Below, piece by piece: positions 10,674 through 21,100 of a DNA stretch of 27,620 nucleotides. The notes under the pieces were generated by a model. The model had not been told where the DNA came from, made no database searches, and worked only from the letters and a program-made list of their open reading frames with translations. The DNA comes from Macrostomum lignano (Eukaryota). Location: the NCBI GenBank assembly GCA_002269645.1, contig NIVC01005055.1, positions 1 to 27,620 of the forward strand. The letters are read 5' to 3'. The position numbers and the translations under genes are program-made. The stretch's first letter is position 1; the number at the start of each line of letters is the position of its first letter.

Positions 10674-13600
10674 TTACGTTACATACATGTCCTGGCTAGA
10701 ACAAGGCGGCCTGTCTTCTTCTGTTGAGTAATAAACTACAGGATCCTCAATCGCAGCTGCTGGTCTCGACTCCATTTTGAGTGCTTCAGCTGCCGCGTTG
10801 CTGCTTGCAGCTTTGCTTTGTCTGTTATGACGACATTTTTTGCAGTTACTCGCGGCTACACTGAGCAATGTTAAGATCAGAGCCAGACTGACAATCGCGA
10901 TCACAACCCATTGGACCAGAAACACCGGCATTCTCCACCAAGGAACGAGTCTGGCGCCTGCATTCAGATTTAATTAACATGCGATGTAATATTGTGGTAA
11001 GGCTCTCCTATTACTAATAAGCAAATAATAATTAATAGCTTCTTTAATCACTGCAAACCTATGCGCAAATGCGCATTATTAATCTGCGATTAGAACCAAT
11101 CTTTGTACATTGAGTTTTTTTAATGCACTGGAAATTATAATATTTAAAATACCGCGTAAATACAAGTATATATAACAAAGCTTCAATTTTCCTTTGAAGT
11201 GCATTAAAGCGAGCTAAAATGTCAATCGTATGAAGCTTCCAGTTTTAATTGCATGCATACAGCCCCATCCAAAAGATGAGATATTGACATTTGCATATGC
11301 TAAAAATGAGTTGTCTGTATGTATGTATCCAGGAGTATGCGATCGATTTTAGAAAAAACTTGCACCATTTGATCAGAAGTTTAGTGCTAAAAGTAAAAAA
11401 GAAGTCTAACACCAATTATTTTTAAACGAAATTGGGCCTTCAAATAAATTTTGGTAAATTCAAATAAAAGAGGTTGCATCCTCAGGCAACTGAACTCAAA
11501 GACTCACCGAACTTCGATTTTTGCGGCAGGTTCAGCTGTACAGTCAAGCTTCCATTTAGCTTTCGGCACTCGATAACTGATCCTGCTATGTCCGTTACGG
11601 GATGAACCACAACGGAGAAGTGTGACGTCACAGAACTGAGACACTGAGGGCCCACTGGATCGGAAACTACCTGAAATTTAAAGAGTTGCTATTGCAGCTG
11701 GTGATATTTTTGACAAGGAGAACTTTCCAAGTTATCACAATTTGCGTACCAATTGTATTAGCTGAGCAGCAATATTTGTGCTGTTGGTTGTCCTCAGCTT
11801 GCACCGGTGTCTCACTCTGGCACAAGCGGACGTGGACACAACACGGAACTGAGCTAACCCGGTACGAAGCCACAACTCAGGCTTTAGCAGGTCGATGCTC
11901 AAAGACTCCGGATCCACTGCAAGTACAATATGAGTTTTAAATAAATGGGAAAACTACTGACCCGTATAGTCAATGAGGAGGTTCAGTTGAACTTTACACT
12001 GAAAACTATCAAGATTCTGAACACTATCAGATTCATTGCGTGCATATTGCGACTAGGGGTTTCAACCTCTTGGGCGTGAATTATACAAGCTCTTGGTCTA
12101 ACTTCATTCAAGCATGCATTCATTATCGCTCCGCTACGATTCTAAGACTCATCATCAGAGACGGACGTCTTTAATACTCGTATATAGTAGTAAATCTTTT
12201 AATCATTTGAACGCTTACTTTGAGGCAAGTAAAGCGACTTTTTTAACTTGCTCAGACCGCCCGCTGAAAACTCGCAGGTGATACTACGAACGCACTGGTG
12301 GTCGAGTCTGCTGTGACGAAACTCAAAGGTAACCATGGTGTCGTTCCGTTGCCAATTTTCCTGGAATGATCAATCGTAACTTGCTTTCCAGAGTTTTTAT
12401 TATCTTATTCTCCTCCTAAAAATACCTGGTCCCACGCAAGTACGAGTATTATTCATAGAAGATAATTACCGATTGGGGATAAACTTGGATGAAACGGTTT
12501 CCACATTCCTTGTACAATCGACAAGTTGCTGATGTGTCTTTTGCAGCAGTTTGCAAAGCAACTTTAAACACTGAAGCGGACTTCTTGGACCATTGGTCTG
12601 CATCCCATATCACTTCGCTTGTCCCTGTGGAACAAACAGATAAAGACAACTGTAAAAAATGTAACTTCAAAACTATTTTTGAAAAGCGAATGCTTACAGT
12701 TCATCAAAGGCAAGTTACGTGACACAATGTTTCCATTCAATAGGTGGCACTCGATAACTAAACCATTGATGTCTGAGGGCTTAACGTTCACTGAGAATAG
12801 CGAAGTTACTGGACTAGTGCAGGCATGTGCACCTTTTGTTTGTTGTTCTACCTAAAGTTTCATCGTCATAATTAAATGCATGAAAATTGAACAACGGCCA
12901 AAAACTTATAAATTAGCGAAACATACCGAAGCTGCTAATGGAGCCGCGACAATCGAGCTATTACGACTTGATATTGACAGTTCGCATTTTCTCGGAACGG
13001 AGCAGCGACTTTCCGCTAATGTTCGAAATTGGACCGAGCCCTTTATTGGCCACTGGTCAGGCTGTAGTAGCTCAATCTGCAGTGAATCTGAAGATGCACT
13101 TTTTTAATAACTCAAATTAGAGTATGGTTCAGTGGAACTTCGTGTAAATATGAAAGTTGTTAACTCGATCAGTATGAATAATAGAGATTACAAAAATCTT
13201 TTTGGATTTTATTTTCACTATCGTTTGTTACAAAGAAAAAGCTCATTACGTTGCTAACACTGTGAAATGACTGTGACGATACCTTCCAGGCTGTGTTGTT
13301 CCTCCTGATGAGTTTTTTCCCAAACGACAGTCGCCAGAGCAATCATAGAGATTCGTAACATATTTGGATGCTGCGGGGAGCACTACTGTTGAATTTTTGA
13401 TCGGATTCAACACCACCACAAGCTAAATGTGTTGAAAGCCCTGTACATCAAACAGTTAAAGCCTACCCGAAATGTACAACTGACAGAAGGGGGCTAGTAC
13501 ATTTTTAGACCATTCTACGGCTACTTAAACCTGTTTTAAAACTCTTGGCCCGTACTTTCATTTTATTACCGTCCCATTACAAAAACTGTCACATGACGAT

Positions 13601-14961
13601 GCTGCAAGTTACAGCGAAACATGTTGGGAATACAAATAAAATATTTTCGTCATAATATCAATTTTATAGGATGCAAATCTTTGCAATAATCTTCTTGTTT
13701 TTAGCATTTCTTAAGCAAAGTAGCAGTCCTAAAATTTAAAGTGAATTGAAGTATCAATTTGCCCCATAAAATTTGGCACTCGTTCATTCGTAAAATTCTG
13801 CGCACTAACCAAAACCATTCTGCTTTACCTACAGCGCTGGCGGTTAGCAGCCCCCATTTTTGCAAACCAAGCTTTTGCTGATGGAAAAAAACGTTACAAA
13901 ATGGTATAAAACTTACCAATAGAAGAACTGTCTTCAACGCAGAATTGAAACTGAAACCCGGGCCTCACGACATATTCATCTGTTTTCAACGCAAGCGTCA
14001 CGCTTCCAGTGAAATTCAGCACATTGTTGGCGACCTTGTCATGTTTTCCGGTTAAATTCAATAGTGAAGCGGAACCAATATCAGACACCAAACCTTTGTA
14101 TATCTGCAATATGTCGTTGCCGGCCTCTAAATGAAACGAATTAAAATAAATTCGAACAATTTGAAACTCCTCGGCATGAATACTCCAAGCCTTGATCAGC
14201 TGATTGGTGTAGTTTCTTGAACCGAATTCCGGATGACTCGTTCGTATTCCCCAGATTTCTCTGATAATTTCTACGGGTATATCTGTCCAATTGTTTGGTA
14301 GGAAAAATATTTGGGTTGTATAATTGTCATGAAAAAAATAAAAAAAATTTTATTTACTTCTTTCTGTTATCAATCCCTGCAAACGAACATTGAACGGAGC
14401 GGAAGATTCATAATGAAACCGGAAACCCGATTTCCACTTGTCACCTTTGATAGAACATCTCAGCAGAGCTGGTGCGGACACCCAGTATTCCGACAGTGAA
14501 TAAGCATTTCTTAAAATTTGAAAATTTTCTACCGGACTAAATAATTTTTTTATATTTCCATACACGTGAACAGTGCGACAGACGATGTCAACCGTAGAAA
14601 ATGAGATTTTTATCGATAAGCCGGCACCTGGATTTAAAAGCCAGCAGTGATCGAAGCTGTTTGCTAGCTTTGCATTGTAGTCGATTGCAGCAGGACTAAG
14701 TGTGACGCTTCCGTGCATTTCAGTTAAATTAGACGGTGCTCTGCAGTTTCCTGGAGTTTTAGCTGAAAGTTTGAAAGCATTTTTGGATGTTTAAAAATCG
14801 ACGAAATGGCGGAGTGCGCGCCTCTCATTGCCGATAGGTTAACGTCGGCAACAGCACTTCGTTTGGATCACTGTAATAAAAAACTCACCCGCTAGTAACT
14901 TGATTCCATGGTTTATAACAAAAAGAAGGCAGACAGCCTTCAGGTTCGCTGTTAGCAACAT
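10674..14961 (-). CDS. Gene A: type I membrane protein, SP-CUB-CUB-3x novel ~105-aa repeat (a-b-a)-TM-Tyr-containing tail; 689 aa
   Basis: Exons 14961-14889, 14762-14358, 14282-13917, 13087-12927, 12851-12698, 12624-12470, 12360-12219, 11916-11750, 11670-11508, 10957-10674; all GT-AG, phases compatible, 2070 nt open; four introns 73-79 nt. CUB motifs HCWLL and NY..W.I..F..F.LE..D.L.IY..TD...GF; TM VFLVQWVVIAIVSLALILTLLSVAA. Confidence 0.85.
13300..13645 (+). mobile_element. Penelope-like element 3' remnant (GIY-YIG C-terminus, pLTR fragment) in gene A intron 3
   Basis: 13399-13497 reads DRIQHHHKLNVLKALYIKQLKPTRNVQLTEGG*, matching the PLE endonuclease tail pattern KL.ILEAL.I...KP.LN.Q; followed by a hammerhead-like motif and AATAAA. 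Left boundary approximate. Confidence 0.75.
13587..13630 (+). ncRNA. Degenerate minimal type I hammerhead ribozyme motif
   Basis: (A)TGACGA-T-GCTG caagtta CAGC-GAAA-CATGTT; palindromic AACATGTT helix III; C3 is A and stem I pairs poorly. Confidence 0.6.
13917..14762 (-). CDS. Gene A exons 2-3: CUB1 (14762-14358) and CUB2 (14282-13917)
   Basis: CUB2: NYTNQLIKAWSI...FNSFHLEAGNDILQIY...TDEYVVRPGFQFQF. Confidence 0.88.
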
Positions 14962-17720
14962 TTTGGTTAAGAGCTAATAATTGCCTTTGTGGTGCGCGAA
15001 CGGTTTCTGAGATAGCTTTGAATTTTAAGATAGATTGAACTCTTTTATTCACTTGATATAAACAAACGCTTAATACAGTTCCACAATCATCTGCGATCTC
15101 TTTTCCACTGAAAAGTTATCTTTGGATTAAGTCGATGTTAAAATTGACTGTCAGAGTTAACAGCGTGTGAAGCAGTATAGTCGATAACATGGCTCACTTA
15201 TTGTAAACAGGTCTCTTTCTGGGTCACATCTGGAATTTTTAGTGCCCAATCGTGTTTAATTTTATACTGAAGGCAAGTTGGTTTATTGGTTGTCTTGAGT
15301 ACTTTTCAAAACAATATTTGCGGACAGTATTTAAAATACGCTATGAGGTATTTTTATACTCGTAGCACATTATTATGATGAGTAAAATTTATATCTCAGC
15401 ATCCAACTGTGGAAAAGCATGTCTAAATTTAGTGATTTTTGTAAAAAAAATGGCATAGTTTCCATCAGTAATAGTATACGCCTATTCTTGATAAGCATGG
15501 TTATTCAATATTAGAGGCAGGAGCTTTAGGAACTTTAGCCGCATTGTCACACAAACGGCGTCAGGCATTATTGTCCATTCCGCCGACTCCCCTGAGCAGA
15601 CACACAAGCGCGCGGATACGTACGCAGTCATACGCACAGGCACACACTCACACAAGGTGTACAGTGGCGCTAATTTTATTTATCGTTAGGCATGTACACT
15701 TCACTGTGCCTTGGGGGTTGGCCCTCAAGAGCATTAATTGCACGAGCAGAGCTAAGCCGAGATGATCCAAAGTAATGTGACTGCATTTGGAATCGAGCCT
15801 AGGCCGCTAACAAAAAAGAGCGCTGCACCGCCCTGTATGCTCAGGATATCTACTAGATCTAGGTTTAAATCAGAATGAATATGCTTTTTTCATCTTAAAT
15901 GAAGGCTGACTAAAAGGTTTGAGTCTCCGTCGGTGTTAGAGTATTATCAACATGTTAACCCTGTCATCATTTTGGCCTGAAAGCTTGTAGCCTAAAAATC
16001 ACTTATAAATTTATTGTAACTTTGATCGAAACAGTAGTTTTTTTTTTAAATCTAAGTCTGTTTCAAGATGTTGTGGTGTGATAGGCCTCTTGGCTCTCTG
16101 TTAATAATTATACTGCTGTTACCAAATTGTTGTAGGGGTCGGGGTTTATTAACTTTATTCTGTTGCTGATACTAGATTATTACAGGGGATTTCGGGGGGT
16201 TCTTTAGAATTTAGGGAGAAAATATGCAAATATCACTACTAGAAGGAGTATGCTTTAAAGTTACTCCTGGCAGCGTGAGTGTCCGAGCGGCAAGACACTG
16301 TCTATATAAACTAATCCGAATAGGGCTACGCAATGGATTAGAGTTTCCTGGGAAACGCACTAATGGGGAATTTCAATATTTAATAGGGAATGCTGACATT
16401 AGGTAAGGGATGGGCCTAATGGGGAAGGAGTATAGGGGAAGAGGATTTGTCTAAATTTAAAAACTTGGGATAAGTCGCTAGGAGCGCGCAGGGACTGGGC
16501 GGCCTTTGCGTTAGGGGAAGGGGAAGGGGAGGCTTGAATGCACACACAACTGGGGGAGAGGGGTCGAGGGGAGCACAGTTCTTTCAACTAGGGGGGAGGG
16601 GAAGTGTTCGCTGGGAGGGGAGAAGCGGTCGGCGCTTCAAGGGAATAGAGGGGTTATTTATTGGGGAAAGAAAGGAAGACTGAAAGCTGAATCACTTCTA
16701 TTTTTAGAACAAACTGTTCATACTCCAGACTCAGCTAGGAGCAATCGCCAGAAGAGCATGCAAGAAGAAGAAGTTTATTTGCGCGTATATATACTAATTT
16801 TACTAAATATGGCGGACAATTTTAAACAAAAATACGTAAAAGAATTTATTAGCAGAAAAGTTACAGTATAAAATCAGTTATTTATTTACGTATACTTACT
16901 TCTGATAATGCTAAAATTAATAATGACAGGAAAAATGAATTTACGTAAAAAACGAGAAAAGCTAATGTATTAAGTCAACTTGGTTACTAGTAAAGCAAAA
17001 ATGAACGACAAAATATCAAGGCTTAAAAAACAGAGTTTATAAAAATAGCGCTGGCACATGAGCATGCGAGTTAATTCGATAATTTTATTTTGAGTTAGTA
17101 TTTATTTTTAGGTAAAATTATTGCGCGTGAAAAGCGGAATAGAAACAAAAGCCAATAACAACATCATCAAAGGAATATCTAAGGAATAATAACAAAAAAT
17201 TAAACCTTTACCGCATATCTATATTTACGTAAAGTATACTTTTGACGGTCCAACTAGCAGTCTAAATATTGTATTTTATAATAAAAACGTAGCTTACCAC
17301 TCAATGTTATTTGTGACGAAATAATCGTTGCGCGTAAAATTTCTTCTCAGTAGTGCAGTCTACCTGATTTGGGACCTTATTGAAATAATCAGTGCGTATT
17401 GATCACTTTAATTTCCAATCATGCAGTAATTGATGTCACCCGGAATATAATTATGCAATTACTCTACACACTCTACACAAAATCTGAATTTCACAGGAGA
17501 ACTTTAATTCTCTTTAAATGGCAGTCTCACATGGCCTCACGAAAACGTACACTTCATTTTGCGATAGCAGTTACGACGGATAAATGAAACCATGGACAAT
17601 TCTAAATAACTTTTGCAAGCCGAGTTTGCCCCACAGGGATTTTTGACAGTCTTTGAGTATATGGCCAGTTGCAGGTCCAAAGACTGCGTCGTAACTTTAC
17701 CAGGCTTGTCATTTGTGTTG

Positions 17721-17831
17721 TTAATCGTGACAAGTTTTTTTCCCAAGCGACAGCCCAGACCAATTATAGGGATTTGTAACATATTTGGAAGGCACTGGCA
17801 GTTTCCACACTCCTAATCCATATTTGAATGG
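17721..17831 (-). CDS. Possible terminal cytoplasmic-tail exon of gene B (only if the 18216-18221 frameshift is an error or polymorphism)
   Basis: Acceptor cactaacag|, phase 0 matches donor TGT|gtaagt at 18093; PFKYGLGVWKLPVPSKYVTNPYNW...*; KYVT echoes gene A MYVT. Confidence 0.35.
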   Translation of the reverse strand, partial: PFKYGLGVWKLPVPSKYVTNPYNWSGLSLGKKTCHD

Positions 17832-18194
17832 CTGTTAGTGGCAAAAAGTTTTAATGGCATCTTTCTTATTATCGGTAGCTAAAATAGTTTTCCATAGTAT
17901 TTTTACAAAACAACAAATACATTCTGTAATTGTAGGTGAAGGTTTTAATTAGGTTAGGATTTCGACCAGCCGTTTAAGCAACATAGATTTCCCTGTCCTC
18001 TATCTAGAATGACAATGATTGATTAGTACTTTGTGAGCTATGTAAATCTGTGTTTGAGAAAATAATTGTAAAAATTAATTGCACATAACTTACACAATCT
18101 TGTTCACCGTAATCTTGATTGCAAATAGCAACAGAGGCAGATGTAGCTAGCTGCTGCATCACGAGTTCAGTTGACGGATTTTGCTGACCTCTGC

Positions 18195-21100
18195 TCATTT
18201 TGACGAGTTTCGAGCAAAAAAGAAAGCTGCAACCAGGACAGAAACGACAGTTGCTACTGCTAAACCAATCAGTGCCGGTCGCTCCCACACTGTAGCGAGC
18301 CTGCCATCTGCAGTTATATTAATTTTAGCTACAAGCTTTTTGCCTGTGTTGCTGCAGACATTTCAGTAATTCATTCGGCTTTATTTACAATCATCATTAG
18401 TTGGTCGAAGGGTCGCTTTCACGAGGTCAAAATTTTTCATGGTAGATTTTTTCACGTTTTTTACGTCTCAAGCTCGTAGAAGTGACTCGCAATACTTTTT
18501 ACGATTTCAAAATTAGAGTTTATGAAGTTTTGACTTCATAAAGTGATCGAACTTTCTGATTTCGACAACATAAAATATCGAGCTTATGAAAGTCCACAAG
18601 TTCATGTGTTTAGATTCAGAACCGCACTGAAGCCATGATAATGAATCCAACCTGTTTGCGATAATTAAGTAATTAAAACTCACCTAAATTTAGCGGCGAC
18701 AGCTTTAGCACAAAAGAATCGTTGACTAGCTTACAGATAATAACTGATCCTGCCAAAGCTGATGGCTGAGTGATCGCTACAAACTGTGACTTTATTGTAC
18801 TGAAGCAACGAGGACCTTTTGGATTTGCTATAGTCTATAATAGAAGCACGTTTATGTAAACTAAAGTTTTAAAAGTAAAGCGAAATTTGAATATCTACAT
18901 AATATGCCAGCACAAACCATTTTCGTTCGACGGGCAGTGATGATTGCGGCACCGACAGTCTTTACTCTGCACCGGTGTCGTACATTAGCACAGGTAGATT
19001 CAGAAACTACTTTGAATTGAAGCATTCCGGACAGAGGCCACAGATCAGGCTTTAGTAACTCAATTTTTACGGACTCTGGATCAACTTCAGTGATTTCAGT
19101 AGCGTTTATTAGTATAGTTTGATTTTGAGTGTGACAACAAGGATACATTCTGATCTTTAAAGCGGATCACCATAATAGAAGCATCCTAGCTAAGATATAT
19201 AAACCTCTGTCCTATTTTTTTGCCATTGGTCCTTGCGGCTAGCATTCTGTCATTGCTTTTTAATAGTACATGGAATATTGTACCAAATATTATTCGTGTT
19301 GATGCATTTCATATGTTACACAGTTAATATAATAATATCGCAATTTCAATCCAACATGAATTAAATCAACAGAGTTCCTGCAATCCTAAAAGTTAAAATA
19401 AATTGGGAAACTAAAGAAGTTAATGAATATTCCTGAATATCTATGAATATTTATTTCGCTTGCCATCGGTTCCTTTTCTGGAAATACGCATTTTTTTCTT
19501 CAAAAATTATGCAAAATAACAACACATGAAATACTATAAATACTAACTTAATTTTTGCACTCAAATCTATTATAGCTTGTTACAATGAAACTTGTGCAAA
19601 ATTAAGAATTGTCGTTGGAATACAATGAAAGCAACTTACCAGCAGGAAGCGGATGGGAGATGATTAATTTCGACAGTCCAGAAGCAGAAAACTGACAGGT
19701 GACATTTTTGAAGCAGGCGATCATTTTCGAACCAGTTTTGCGAAAATGGAAAGCAGTCTTGAATAAATTCGAAGTGTTCAAATTAATCACCTGAAAAGTC
19801 GAATTTTAGCATGAAAAAGTGCATGTTTATGAAAACTTTTTTTCGAAATATCAATTATCGGAGTGCCGGAGTGTTGCATCTTTCAATATATATCATAAAT
19901 ATATAAAGTTCTATCAATATTCAGGATTATAAATGCTTTACCTTTAGTACTATGTGAAAGAATTATCAAGGGAAATATTTATATTGCTAGCAATTCTTTA
20001 AAATTTGTAAGCAAGCTCGAAAACAACACTAATAAGTTTAACTAGACGTGATACAATTAAAGTTGCTGTGTAGTAGTATTTTAGAAAACTATATTCCTAA
20101 TTTATTTACAAGCTATTTATAAAAAATATGTCAGGGACTACTCGAACATGTTTCGAACTCAAAAACATGTTTGAGTAGTCCCTGAAATATGTATTTTCGT
20201 GATACGCTCGTAAATTCATGTTCGAACATCGGGATTGCTCAAATGGCTGTTGCTGCTGCCTTTACCTTGATCGATCAAGGTAAAAAATTATATACGCTAA
20301 TATACTACTGCAAAGCAGCTGCATAATCTTCTATCCGTTGGCTTGTTTAAGGTAACGCCTTCTGTAAATGTACGCATGTAATTAAAACTCATTCGTTTTC
20401 ATCTAGTTAAAAACTCTTAAGACTTCTGCTACACAACGCGGTTATCCCTGGTATAGTACATGTATGTGCTGCACACCTTTACTAAATAAGGTCCCAGTTC
20501 GAAGCTGGAACTGTTGCATTCGCTCCACAAATTACACCTTGCTTGTACGGAGAAGTTAATTGCTGGGTATAGCGAAACACTGAATTCTAGACCAAAGTGA
20601 TTAGACTGGTCAGAAAAGTGCCATCCAACTTCGTAAGCCCCTATAAAAAATAAAGAGGAATTTTATGCAACATTAATCGTATTTAAACCCTGCTGAAGGT
20701 AAAGCTGTACGTACATTTCGTTGACCGAAGCGCTGTCGATTCGTAACCGCCGTTCCGCAATTGGCACATGATTGTTGAGCCTGCCCAGACCGTGGGATGG
20801 GCAGCCACAGCAAATACCGACGTCACTGAGCTGAGGCACTGAGTACCAGCTGACTCTTTTGCAGACTAAAACAATTAGAGAATCGAGGCTTTCATTAAAA
20901 CCTGGCGTTATTAATAGCAAAAACGAGTTTCACTGACAAGGCTGAATTTCGTAGCAGTGTACTTCATTCCACTGGAGGTCTTTAGACTGCACCGGTGCCT
21001 AATGCGCGAACAGGCCGGCTCAGACACAGCACGAAAATGAACGACTCCCGTTAGGGGCCACAGCTCTGGTTGCAGTGGCTCAATATGTACTGATGTTGGG

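Noticed and set aside
13302-13335. Second hammerhead-like string CTGATGAG...CAAAC...GTC
   Set aside because: G12 is C, stem II and stem I do not pair; probably chance within the PLE remnant.
14871-14888. 18-nt GT-AG intron after gene A exon 1
   Set aside because: Too short to splice; the acceptor at 14763 gives an open CUB1 frame.
15540-15860. Possible tRNA-derived SINE on - strand (ggctcgattcc B-box-like, microsatellite-like tail)
   Set aside because: No convincing A box, TSD or second copy in the window.
20490-20510. tRNA T-arm-like ccagttcgaagctgg
   Set aside because: Lies in gene B exon 8 on the opposite strand (SSFELG); no cloverleaf.
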